A DNA stretch of 64,000 bases from a virus (lineage: Duplodnaviria > Caudoviricetes), in the IMG/VR virus record IMGVR_UViG_3300031867_000018, positions 1 to 64,000 of that record; one strand, 5' to 3'. Below the pieces are notes generated by a model. It made no database searches, was not told the DNA's origin, and saw only the letters and a program-made list of their open reading frames with translations. Below are positions 50,987 to 60,993 of the stretch, in pieces; within the stretch, counting starts at the first letter, position 1, and each line of letters starts with the position of its first letter. Both the position numbers and the translations under genes were made by a program.

Positions 50987-51554
50987 ACCCTCCACTCCTT
51001 TTCTTGCCCGTAAAATCATCGTCTTTTACAAGTAAAAAATTAGCAAATTGGAATTGGCAGAACGCTGTTCCTTTCTTGATTTCCATAGGTTTATTCCCGT
51101 TATTTTTTATGCCGACCCAAATATGCCCTTCATTTTCTTTATTATCAACATAATCCTTGTCAATTATACCCACAGTATTCAATAATTGACAATTATATTT
51201 AAAACCAAGAGAACTTCTTGGGTATGCCTGTAATACTTCCCCGCTATTCATATATGCTTTTAAATAGGTGGGAACTTTTTTTGTTTCTTTTGGGTCGAGT
51301 ATAAAATCGTATGGTGCATACACATCGTAGCAAGCTGAATCTGCCGTTGCTCTTTTAGGTAATGGCGGTTGGAAATTATGCAATTCTTTACATTCTTTCA
51401 CAGCTTTTACATACTTGAAATACCTATTTTTCTGCTTTTCTTTTTCTATTTTTGCAAGTTCCTGTTTCACATCTGTTTTCGTAATACTGACAGTGAGAAC
51501 GATATCTGTAACAATAAGTGTTAATAATATTATAAATAATAATGCTGGTTCCAA
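50964..51554 (-). CDS. dut: Trimeric dUTPase with hydrophobic N-terminal extension
   Basis: SACYD, PRSSLG, GIIDKDY, RSGGFGST. Confidence 0.9.
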   Translation of the reverse strand: MEPALLFIILLTLIVTDIVLTVSITKTDVKQELAKIEKEKQKNRYFKYVKAVKECKELHNFQPPLPKRATADSACYDVYAPYDFILDPKETKKVPTYLKAYMNSGEVLQAYPRSSLGFKYNCQLLNTVGIIDKDYVDNKENEGHIWVGIKNNGNKPMEIKKGTAFCQFQFANFLLVKDDDFTGKKRSGGFGSTNGS

Positions 51555-51555
51555 T

Positions 51556-51765
51556 TCATCTACCTTCTTTCTTTTGAATATACCTTTCTAATTTTATAGG
51601 ATTATCCGCAGTTTTCTTTGTTTTTATAGCTTTGTTGTTTTCTATTTTGTATAAGAAATAATCACTACGATTTTTGTCGCTTGTAATTAAGTATCTATTT
51701 CCTGATCTCGTTTCGTAATCAAGGAAGATACGTTCATTTTTATCTATTACAAATTCATTTTTCAT
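51556..51765 (-). CDS. Small hypothetical protein
   Basis: 69-aa ORF in operon. Confidence 0.55.
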   Translation of the reverse strand: MKNEFVIDKNERIFLDYETRSGNRYLITSDKNRSDYFLYKIENNKAIKTKKTADNPIKLERYIQKKEGR

Positions 51766-52274
51766 CTTGATTCTCCAATACTAAAAATACCTCGGCATAA
51801 CTAATACCTCTTTTAAGAGCTTCTTCGTGTGTTGAAACACAAAAATCAATTCGATTGCCTTGAATGGCACTTCCCGTTCCTTCAGCTACATAAGCTTCTC
51901 CGTCAATCATTATTTTGCTTCCTAAAGGAATAACATTAGGGTCAACAGCCATAGAGTGATAAGAAATGATAGGAGTTCCCATCGCCGTAAAATTATATCC
52001 GCCATTACATATTTCACAAGGACAATAATAAGTTTTGAAATGTACCTAAACTAATTATCTGAGTATTTGAATTAGTTGCTGTTTCATTTTCTGTAGTTAA
52101 TTCTGTTGTTGATTCTGTACTTGCTATTTCTGTAGTTGATATGATAATGCTTGATTTTGATATATCGTCATTGATATTTACCGAAACAGTTTTGTAAGCA
52201 ACAATAATAATTAATGTTGTTAGTACGAATATAGCAACTTTGTTGATTAGAATGACGAATTGCTTATTAGACAT
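51755..52274 (-). pseudogene. Membrane-anchored 3D-domain (cell-wall lytic) protein, frameshifted near 52035
   Basis: TM helix and Thr/Ser linker in one frame; YYCPCEIC...AVDPNVIPLGS...TGSAIQGNRID in another. Confidence 0.75.
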
Positions 52275-52339
52275 GGAATCTCCTTTGTGTTTCAATTATT
52301 TTGATGTATGTGCTTGCAGAATGATACTTTTTGTGGCAC

Positions 52340-52537
52340 TTAGTCCATTATAAGTTTATATAGCCCACAGTGGCACTCTCCTTCGATTTGATTGTCCATC
52401 ATGTTTCTAAAATCTTTGCACATACATTTAGTGTCTGGACTTTTTTCAATTTGGCAAGGACAATAATTATCATTATCTTTTAATTTTTGCCGAATCTCAT
52501 TAACATATTCAGCGTTTGAGTTTAATATTACTCTCAT
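52340..52537 (-). CDS. Ferredoxin:thioredoxin/disulfide reductase catalytic subunit
   Basis: YCPC...KCMC...ECHCGLY. Confidence 0.85.
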   Translation of the reverse strand: MRVILNSNAEYVNEIRQKLKDNDNYCPCQIEKSPDTKCMCKDFRNMMDNQIEGECHCGLYKLIMD

Positions 52538-52545
52538 ATTTCCTC

Positions 52546-53037
52546 CTAAGATATTTTTTTAGCATATTGATTGTCACTGGCAAGATTTACTCCAAGTACA
52601 TAGTCGTAATGAGACTGTTGGTCGGGAATAAATCTACCAAATTTAATAATTATATTAGATAATTTTTTAAACTGCTCTAAGTAGTCTTTGTATTTTTGAT
52701 TTACTTCTTCCTCTGTGTAACCTGTGTATATGACGATATCGTCTTTAATATTATTTATATTTCTTAATTGTATAATAAATAGCAACACATTATCTATGTC
52801 ATCGAAAGGCTCTAACCCTCCAAATATTACAGATTTGGAAATATCGTTGTTTAAATATCTATTTATTATGTTTCGTATCGGAATCTCAATATCCGGAGAA
52901 TTAGCAAGTGCGCCGTTTTGACACACTTGCTTTCTGCACTCTTTGTCACATTTAAAAGTACAAGAATGACAACCGATAAACATTGAAGGAAGTTTATAGT
53001 TGACAAAATCTTCATCTATGACATATTTAACTTTCAT
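52546..53037 (-). CDS. nrdG: Anaerobic RNR activase (radical SAM)
   Basis: CxxxC...C cluster, FGGLEPF, IYTGY, LASDNQ; coupled to nrdD. Confidence 0.88.
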   Translation of the reverse strand: MKVKYVIDEDFVNYKLPSMFIGCHSCTFKCDKECRKQVCQNGALANSPDIEIPIRNIINRYLNNDISKSVIFGGLEPFDDIDNVLLFIIQLRNINNIKDDIVIYTGYTEEEVNQKYKDYLEQFKKLSNIIIKFGRFIPDQQSHYDYVLGVNLASDNQYAKKIS

Positions 53038-56000
53038 CCTATAACCCCGTCATTTCGTAAAACATTCATCCATTGACGCTTATCAAATTCTCTTTTACGA
53101 ATATTTTGATAGCTGCTTGTGGGTGTATAGAATCCGACTACCCTTGAATATGTATCTGCGATTGCTTCTCCGCAAACAGGGCACATCTTTTCTGAGATGA
53201 ATGCGTGTTTATGCACACATGTGCTAATTTTTGTCGTGAAAGCAAAATATATAACTCCTTGAGACGCAACATAATTAAGCATATCCCATGCAGTTTCTTC
53301 ATTTGGAAACCTGTTTTCAATATTGATATGAGCTATGCAACCACCACCACATTTTTTATCAAATAAAGAGCCTACTCTACACTTCTCCTGAATAGTGCAT
53401 TTCTCCATTAAAGGAATCCACTGATTCGAGTAGATAAAGTATTTGTTTTGTTCAAATAACAGATTATCCGCCTTACACATAACACCAGCACAGTTTTCAG
53501 CAGGTATCATTTCAATGTTAAAAGTAAAATCACACTCAAAATTGTCTTTTACCTCGTTCATAATATCAAGAATTTTAGTTGTAAATGCGATAGCTTCATC
53601 AGAATAACTTTTACAACCTATCTCATCTGTATTTATTAAACCAAACAAATCCATTACTTCGTATATTCCAATACCACCGATTGTACAGAATTGCTTGTCT
53701 AATTCTACTGCGCCGTCACAATAATTAGGAAGCAAACCCTTTTCAATATTACGCTTAATAATATGGCGCATAGAAGACAATGCTTTACAATCAAGTAAAA
53801 CTCTTTTCTTTAATATCTGTAAGTATTTTGATTGATTAAATTCGCTTTCATAAGCAATGCGCACAAGGTTAATTGTACTTACTCTGCACGATCCAACCGA
53901 AAGAGCAGTTCCACCTATTGAATTAATAAAAGCGTCAAGTTTCTGAGTATCGCTTAATAAACGACAACAATTGGATAATACACCAACATTATCACTTACA
54001 AAGAAGTTACTATCTGACCATTTGATATTATGGTTTGAACACCAACGAGCAAAATCTTCGTCTGCAAACTTGCCGTCTTTGTAAAGTAGTGAATATGTTA
54101 ATACGGGGTATGTAAACATATTAATTTCCCTTGTTTCACTTACAACTTCCATGAAGATTTTTTGACATTCTATCAAATCTTCAATGTGGTCGATAGCAAG
54201 GGTGTTATCAGGAAACTCTACTCCACCGAAAAGAGATTCAAGGTAAGGTCTATCAAATATAGACACATTTGTAACCTTTGTATTCGCAACGGTTCGCTAC
54301 GCCGTTACCGCCCATTAAGGGCTGCTCTATGTCACCATAGAGAGTAGACTATATCACAAACTGTTAAAAACAGTTTCCTTGCACTTCCACCGTCAATCGC
54401 TTACGGTGTACTCCCTTGCGGGATAGTCGTTGAACCTTCCTCATTAGAAGCTTGGCTGCTAATTGTCTTATGTCTTTTATAATTATGTATTTTAAATAAG
54501 TGGCAATCTTTACAATAAGTAATCAAGTTATTATCGTCAAGGAATCTGCTATCTTGAACGATAATTTTATATAAAGCTATCCGTTCATCTATTGTATTTA
54601 TATCATGCTCAGGATGTTCTTTAATTATTTCCTTAATAATATCAGAAAAATGCTTAATATGATGAATGTGTAAGATGGTGTGGGTAGCTCCGCATAATTG
54701 ACAAGTATAATTATCTCTTTTAGCTATTTTAGGCACTTGATTTACTGTAAAATATTCTCTCAATAACAAATATAATGGAGTAATCCCACCTTGCCAATTA
54801 GGATGATTTTCTCCTGTCATTAGCCCTATTTTTGATTCGGAATTATTCATCGTTTCAAGACCCAATCTGTGCATTTGTCTTCGTACTGTACCTGCGTCTA
54901 TTCCGTACATATCTCCTATAGCTTTGCAAGTTAAATGTTGATTCCAGTGCAAGTCGTTCATTTTGTCAATGTTTAACAAATCGGGATGTATTTCTTTGCC
55001 ATTATAATTAAATTGAGCTTCCGACATTCCTCTTGTTTTAATACCTGACTTGGTTAAATATCTGCGGATTGTTCCATTATCGGTATTAAAAAGTAAGCCT
55101 ATTTTATAAGCAGATAACCCTTCGTCACAGTATAACTCAATTATTTTTTGTATTTCATCATCTGTAAATTTATAATGTCGATTTTGCTTAATGATTTGAA
55201 TGCCGTTCTTTTTAAGATTATTATGAATAGCGTCATAAGATACTTTATTTTCTTTGGCTATCTGAGAAACAGACTTGCCTAATTCAACATGATTGTGATA
55301 TAAATATTCATATAATTCATGCTGTTTCTTTTTTCTAACGTGTTTGGTTATAGGTTTGGAAATTTTATGTTTTAACAACCACTGTTGAATTGTATTTTGT
55401 TTACATCCATATTCCTCTGCAATATCTTTAGTACGGCGATCTTTGACTACATACTCTTCATATAACCAATCTTTATCCATCCACGGTTTTTCTCCAGTAT
55501 AACGATTTTTAGGATAATTCATTTAAACACCTCCTTTATTTTATATTCTATTTTTTTATAAGACATAAGATTTTTCAGCAATTCACAAGGTTTGCTATGG
55601 CGGTCGCCCACCATAGGCGCAAACATTTACGCACTTTGGTCAATTCTTAAAAACGGTTGATTTAAACGGAATATCAGCTTTTGAAACTGCTGCCTTAAAT
55701 AATAGTCGGGATTTTTCATATAATATCCGTCTTCACAGTCTTTCTTCCAAAAATACCACGCCCAAATAAGGATATTCGGCATACCCACAGCTCCCGATTG
55801 GCGGTTAGATAAGAAAGAAACAAACTCTATCACATCGTCAAAATATGTTGTTAAATGCTTGGGCGGCTGATTATTGTAGTTTTCAAGAAAAAACAAACCT
55901 TCCGTTGCCAATCTTGTAAAATCATTTGCCCAACAATAAGGGAAATAACTTGCAGTTGTGCTGTCATTCAAATAAAAGCCACGACTAAATTCTTGTTCCA

Positions 56001-56313
56001 ACCACTGCTTTGCGGTTCTTAGCCCCCACATCTTCTTGATTTCGGTAAAAATCTTATTTAACCCAAACAGTTTATCTTCACTTTTGCCTTTTTCACTCAT
56101 AAAACTACGAATGTCTTTGTGATTTGCGTTAGCGTTTGGGTCAACGGAAGCGTCAGCAACGGTATCTTTGTCTATAAAGTTTTCAATAAACTCAGAGAAG
56201 TCAAGTTGATTTGGGTGAACCCCATTAATATACTCAAAATCTTCTCCATATTTCTTTTTTAGGTCTTCAAGACAACGCTCGAAGTCTTTCGATAATTTTA
56301 ATTGTATTTCCAT
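53034..56313 (-). CDS. nrdD: Class III ribonucleotide reductase; exons 56313-55629 and 54274-53034 (641 aa spliced)
   Basis: PYCWA, QSGAVG, QSA-F-TNVSIFD across the junction, SNCCRL, SRVVGF glycyl-radical motif. Confidence 0.92.
54275..55628 (-). ncRNA. Group I intron in nrdD
   Basis: Exon ends in U; tcaacgacta and gtgatatagtct core; terminal G; removal restores the Phe codon and frame. Confidence 0.92.
54401..55522 (-). CDS. Intron-encoded HNH endonuclease with repeated HTH domains
   Basis: RDNYTCQLCG...HIHHIK...NLITYCKDCH; 3' end runs into the intron core. Confidence 0.88.
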   Translation of the reverse strand: MNYPKNRYTGEKPWMDKDWLYEEYVVKDRRTKDIAEEYGCKQNTIQQWLLKHKISKPITKHVRKKKQHELYEYLYHNHVELGKSVSQIAKENKVSYDAIHNNLKKNGIQIIKQNRHYKFTDDEIQKIIELYCDEGLSAYKIGLLFNTDNGTIRRYLTKSGIKTRGMSEAQFNYNGKEIHPDLLNIDKMNDLHWNQHLTCKAIGDMYGIDAGTVRRQMHRLGLETMNNSESKIGLMTGENHPNWQGGITPLYLLLREYFTVNQVPKIAKRDNYTCQLCGATHTILHIHHIKHFSDIIKEIIKEHPEHDINTIDERIALYKIIVQDSRFLDDNNLITYCKDCHLFKIHNYKRHKTISSQASNEEGSTTIPQGSTP

Positions 56314-56322
56314 ATGTGCCTC

Positions 56323-56526
56323 CTACTGTTCGTTTATCCATTTTGTTGCTGTTGAAAAATCCATTAATTCGCCGTTGACCGCCAGCATAGGAACCGAGGA
56401 GATACCCAAATCAAGCATTGTTTCAACATTGTCATTTTCGGTGTAAGTTATCTGTTTGTTATTCAGCTTCTTCTTTAGCACCTCACATCTTGAACATCCC
56501 GTTGAATACAATATAATTTCTGACAT
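56323..56526 (-). CDS. nrdH: NrdH/glutaredoxin-like redoxin
   Basis: GCSRC, SVPML. Confidence 0.8.
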   Translation of the reverse strand: MSEIILYSTGCSRCEVLKKKLNNKQITYTENDNVETMLDLGISSVPMLAVNGELMDFSTATKWINEQ

Positions 56527-56635
56527 AAACTCACCTCTTTGAAATATAGTATCTATATAAACGCTATTGCGGAATTGAAAGGAATTTATGGGCAGATTGT
56601 TATTCTCTGCCGTTGAGCCATTTCAGGCATTGTAT

Positions 56636-57202
56636 TTAATGGAATAAAAGTTGAAATATTTGCATAGATTTATTTATGTTTTTATATGTTTCTGGGAAGT
56701 CATTCCAACTATCTATTGTAGATAACATTTTGCCCCATTTATTATTTTGATTCCAAGGTTTTGAAAATAGTACAGTATATCTACAAGATGATTTGTTTAA
56801 ATGTTCTATACAATCATCAATAAGAATATCTCCTGCGACCATACCTTTATCATGACAGATTATCAGCTTGTCCGAATGATAGAACGGAAAATGTTTTTGT
56901 AACCACTTATGTTTAGGTAAAACTGATTTTGGGTGTGCCGCTGTTAAGAAATAAACATCGTTATCTTGTGATAACTCCGTTAGAACTTCGACTGCACCAT
57001 TATTAACCTGTAAATTTTCAATCAAATCGTCCGACATAAATTCCTTAAAAATATCGGAACATTCGGGTTTTAAAAATTTATGAATATTATATTCAGTGAT
57101 ATCATCTGTAGTAATGTCATCTTGATATTTAGCATTATAAATTGGAAGTATAGTTTCAATGAGATTGTTAAGTGTTTCGTCTATATCAACCAGAATTTTC
57201 AT
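56636..57202 (-). CDS. HAD-family 5'(3')-deoxyribonucleotidase
   Basis: VDIDET, ILIDD, KPWN. Confidence 0.85.
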   Translation of the reverse strand: MKILVDIDETLNNLIETILPIYNAKYQDDITTDDITEYNIHKFLKPECSDIFKEFMSDDLIENLQVNNGAVEVLTELSQDNDVYFLTAAHPKSVLPKHKWLQKHFPFYHSDKLIICHDKGMVAGDILIDDCIEHLNKSSCRYTVLFSKPWNQNNKWGKMLSTIDSWNDFPETYKNINKSMQIFQLLFH

Positions 57203-57232
57203 ATTATCACCACCTATTAATATCTTAATTTT

Positions 57233-58000
57233 TTAATTATCAAGATTGATATTCAGCCATCTTTTACCCTTCCAATATTTCCACTGCAAATTTCCCCCCG
57301 ATATTCGTGTTTCAATTTCTTCAATATTGCCTTGTGCTAATAAGAAGTTTCTGTATTTTTGCTTTAATTCATTAGTACACGGTAGTTGTGATAAAGTGTG
57401 TAGTATCTGTTCATAAGACCAATCAAAATCGGACAATTTGCTTTGTCTATATAATTCGTCTTCGTATTCCTTTACAGCAGCCTTCGCTTCTTCGTAAGTA
57501 CCGTAAACATCCCAGTAATTAAGCGATGTATGTTCAGGTTTTCCTAAATCTGTAAATCTATCTACGATTCTCCAACCTTCCTTTTTGTCGATTTCTGTGT
57601 CTAAGGTTATGTGGCAATTATCTTGAACATTGACTAAAATACCCTTTTTATATAAATCAAGAATAAGATCGGGGGTTTTTATATAGTTGCTCGGTATAGA
57701 TTTTAAGATTTCTCTACCTTTTTTTACGCTTTCTTCATCGATAGACCATAGTACTGTATCATAAGACCATCCTTTGGGGAGTTTCTTCCAACGTGAAGGT
57801 ATGTGATTATTTACAAAATCTTTATAGGGTATTCCGTCAATAGTTCTGACATCAATCAATTCTATTAATTGCAAACAAACTGTTTTGGGATAATGATCTT
57901 CGATAATGCCGTAATTGATATATTTTTTATTGTCGCGTGTCTCAAGAAAATAAACAACACTGCCTATTGGGTAATTTCGAGGATTCCATATTGTGTTCAA
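57233..58000 (-). CDS. Hypothetical protein
   Basis: 255-aa ORF with RBS. Confidence 0.7.
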   Translation of the reverse strand: MNTIWNPRNYPIGSVVYFLETRDNKKYINYGIIEDHYPKTVCLQLIELIDVRTIDGIPYKDFVNNHIPSRWKKLPKGWSYDTVLWSIDEESVKKGREILKSIPSNYIKTPDLILDLYKKGILVNVQDNCHITLDTEIDKKEGWRIVDRFTDLGKPEHTSLNYWDVYGTYEEAKAAVKEYEDELYRQSKLSDFDWSYEQILHTLSQLPCTNELKQKYRNFLLAQGNIEEIETRISGGNLQWKYWKGKRWLNINLDN

Positions 58001-58017
58001 TTATTTACATCTCCCTT

Positions 58018-58506
58018 TTAGTCTATATAAGTTTCTTTTATTTCTTCTCCGAAAATTTCAAGAGCTTTTTCAGCAAGTTCTTCGCTTGAAAACCATATTT
58101 CATATGTATTGACATATGTATGTTCACCTATCACAAAATCATGAATTTCTTCGTCATAATAAATATGATATTTCTGCTGTTCCATATTAGTCCAATCAAT
58201 CTTATCGTTATGCTCATCAGCCCATCTTTGCATACGAAGCATAAGACTTACACGTTTTGCCATTTTTTCGCCAAGGTGAAAATCAGAAAAATAATTCCCG
58301 CTTTTATACGATTCCTCGTCTGTCGTATCGGAATTTTCGAAGTCTAATTTTAAACTACAATCATAGGCTATAAAGTAGTACTGATTACCCGGCTGAACCC
58401 TCTCCCAGCCTGTTTTTTTCTTTTCTTCTATTCCCAAAGTTTTAGCTTGTTCATCTGTCAATTCAATATCAACACTCTTGCCATTTGCTGTAATTGTTGC
58501 TTTCAT
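58018..58506 (-). CDS. Hypothetical protein
   Basis: ATG after ggaggt; KTGWER...WFSSEELAEKA. Confidence 0.7.
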   Translation of the reverse strand: MKATITANGKSVDIELTDEQAKTLGIEEKKKTGWERVQPGNQYYFIAYDCSLKLDFENSDTTDEESYKSGNYFSDFHLGEKMAKRVSLMLRMQRWADEHNDKIDWTNMEQQKYHIYYDEEIHDFVIGEHTYVNTYEIWFSSEELAEKALEIFGEEIKETYID

Positions 58507-58519
58507 ATTCCTACCTCCG

Positions 58520-58817
58520 TTATTCAGAATCAATCTCTTCAAATATCTGTTTTGCTACTTTTGTTTTTGATAGCCTAAATGCTAACTTTTCTGCTGCGGC
58601 GTTTATAATTTCATCTTTATGTGTTTCAAAAAAGTTATCAAAATTCTGACGAATCCAATTTTGAAAACCTCTTTCAGAATCAAAAATATGAGAACGGAAA
58701 GCTTGCTCTATATCTCTTGTTAATTTTTCAATAACACGGTTTTCTGCTGTCGCTTCAAGTTTTTTGTTTTACTGCATTGTCATCAAAGTTAAAAGCTACA
58801 TTGATAATGTGTTCCAT
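58520..58817 (-). pseudogene. Hypothetical protein frameshifted in an A6 run near 58760
   Basis: MEHIINVAFNFDDNAVKQK / LEATAENRVIEK...EEIDSE*; removing one A gives a continuous ORF with RBS. Confidence 0.6.
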
Positions 58818-58830
58818 ACTTTATTCTCCT

Positions 58831-59364
58831 TTATATATTTTCTTCTATCGCTAAATTTCTTATTTCTTGTGCTGTTAATCTACTATCCTCGTTAATAATA
58901 GAATAACTCGCTATGTATTGAACATTTTCAAAAGCATCGGAATCGTACTGCTTGCGGCTTCTTATTGCCTCTATATTATCACCTCTACCTTTCATTCTTT
59001 CTTCTCTGACATTTTCAGGGACATATAAATACACTATTATATATTCTTTATTGCCTTTATAGTGATTTATAAAATATTGTATCCCTAATAGATCAATCAC
59101 ATACACATCCGATTGGTCTACTTGTTGACTTGTACCACAATACCTATAACCGTTGTATTTTGTATAAGCGACCATATCTTCGGGTTTTATATTGTCAAAC
59201 TCTTCTTCGGTAATGAAGATATGTCCTGTTTCACCCTCAAATCTCGGTGGACGTGTTGTGTATGATTGCAGTTGTTTCATACCGTATATATCTTCAAGGA
59301 GTGTGGCAACGGTTGTTTTGCCGCTACCCGACTCTCCACAAAGTAGGATTATTTTGTTATTCAT
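58831..59364 (-). CDS. gmk: Guanylate kinase-like protein
   Basis: GESGSGKT, SYTTRPPR, GHIF, YNGYRY. Confidence 0.85.
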   Translation of the reverse strand: MNNKIILLCGESGSGKTTVATLLEDIYGMKQLQSYTTRPPRFEGETGHIFITEEEFDNIKPEDMVAYTKYNGYRYCGTSQQVDQSDVYVIDLLGIQYFINHYKGNKEYIIVYLYVPENVREERMKGRGDNIEAIRSRKQYDSDAFENVQYIASYSIINEDSRLTAQEIRNLAIEENI

Positions 59365-59481
59365 TTCGTATCTCCATTTCTGCCTTATGTTTATTTATTC
59401 TGTCTTGTGCAAGTTCAAAGTGGGATTCGTCAAGCTCTATATCAACAAAGTTACGATTAGTGTTTTGGAATAAGATTTATG

Positions 59482-60066
59482 TTATACAACATAATTTTCA
59501 TATACCATTTTCACCCATTCTTTAAATTCGTTTTGTGTCATTGTGTGTTTAGCAATATTACATTTACAACAACAAGTTACCACATTGTTATTTTCATATC
59601 CTTTACTGCTATCAATTCTATCTATGCCATTAATTTTTACAACCGTATCACTTATCTTTCCTTTTGATTTCATCTCATTGTATCTATCTTCCAAAATTCT
59701 TGAGTATTCTATATCACAATAATAGCATCTCATTTTTGATAGTTTACAAAACTCATCAAAAGAAATAATCTCTGAAAAGCCTTTGTTCTTATTTCTTCTT
59801 TTTAAGTGTGAGTACTGAATTTTTAATATAGCAATTTCTCTATTTTCGTTTCTCTTGAATTTATTCTTCTCAACAAATTCTTTTTTAAAGCAACCACAAC
59901 TTTTAGATTTTCCAGAACGTAACGATTCTCCTGTTACAATATGTTCGTTCCCGCAATCACATTTACATAAATATTTTAATTGTCCTTTATTCCCTTTTTC
60001 ATCTAATAGTTTGATAACTAACAATTTACCGTATCTATTTCCAATAATATCTTTTATTTTTGCGAT
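59482..60066 (-). CDS. Free-standing HNH-type homing endonuclease
   Basis: GNRYGKL, CKCDCG, KSCGC, CYYC, GIDRIDSSKGY..NNVVTCCCKCNIAK; probable ATC start. Confidence 0.8.
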   Translation of the reverse strand: MAKIKDIIGNRYGKLLVIKLLDEKGNKGQLKYLCKCDCGNEHIVTGESLRSGKSKSCGCFKKEFVEKNKFKRNENREIAILKIQYSHLKRRNKNKGFSEIISFDEFCKLSKMRCYYCDIEYSRILEDRYNEMKSKGKISDTVVKINGIDRIDSSKGYENNNVVTCCCKCNIAKHTMTQNEFKEWVKMVYENYVV

Positions 60067-60116
60067 TAAATCATCTCCTATGTATTCATGTATAATTAGT
60101 CATAGATAGTAAACCA

Positions 60117-60359
60117 TTATAAGTAAGTAGCTATAGTCTCAAATAAAGTCATATCCGCATTAGGTATATTCTCTGTTTCGGGAGCGGGATATACCTCAAT
60201 AGGCTTTCCAAGGTCAAGGCTGAAAATACCCATGATAGATTTTGCGTCTATTGTGTATCTGCCGTTGCTCATAAGTACAGCAAATGGTACTTTCTGAATA
60301 TCGTTGACAAAAGATTTAACTTTGTCTATAGTGTTGATGTTAATTATATATTTTGTCAT
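60117..60359 (-). CDS. HPr-like protein
   Basis: IDAKSIMGIFSL (Ser46 motif); no His in the N-terminal region. Confidence 0.8.
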   Translation of the reverse strand: MTKYIININTIDKVKSFVNDIQKVPFAVLMSNGRYTIDAKSIMGIFSLDLGKPIEVYPAPETENIPNADMTLFETIATYL

Positions 60360-60360
60360 A

Positions 60361-60993
60361 TTAGTTCTCCTTTACTTCAATATCCGAAAACAGTACAGGT
60401 AATTTTTCTTTAAACTCTTTCAAAATCATATTGGCAATCTCTCTCATAGATGGATGTGCTGCGGAAGATGTACGGAGTTTAAAGAAATGTCGCCACTCTC
60501 TGATATTCATTGTAACAACGATTTCGGTTTTGGTGCTGTTAGGTAGAATCACTCTTGCTTCTTCGGGTTTAGCTCCCTTTTTTATCAAACCAAAATATAC
60601 GCTTTCAAGAAGTTTCATCGTTGCAGACCAATCGTTATATTGGTCTGAATGCTCATTCCAAAAACAAGGTTTAATAAAAGTTAATTCATTGTCAAATTTA
60701 TCGTTGGTGTAGTTGCAATATCTTTGAGATTCTTGACTATACGATGCTATCCTATGTCTTACAATTTCGTGACTTACTGCCCTATCGCAAATAATTCGTA
60801 CCGTCACTTTCTCGTGTTCCAATACACTTTCGTGACCTCGTTTGATGATGCCTGCGATAAATTTTTCGGCAGAACCTTCACCGATTTTATCTTCGGATTT
60901 ATAACAAGTGCGCCCTGCGGCTTCGATTGTTTTCATAATTGTTTCCGGGTTAAAATAACCCTCGATTTTAAAACTCGGTTTAACTATTTTCAT
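60361..60993 (-). CDS. thyX: Flavin-dependent thymidylate synthase
   Basis: GHESVLEH, RHRIASYSQESQRY, EEARVILP. Confidence 0.95.
   Translation of the reverse strand: MKIVKPSFKIEGYFNPETIMKTIEAAGRTCYKSEDKIGEGSAEKFIAGIIKRGHESVLEHEKVTVRIICDRAVSHEIVRHRIASYSQESQRYCNYTNDKFDNELTFIKPCFWNEHSDQYNDWSATMKLLESVYFGLIKKGAKPEEARVILPNSTKTEIVVTMNIREWRHFFKLRTSSAAHPSMREIANMILKEFKEKLPVLFSDIEVKEN

Noticed and set aside
49509-51019. Separate Tn916-like conjugative element
   Set aside because: No relaxase or conjugation genes; xis overlaps the phage dUTPase and both flanks are phage genes.
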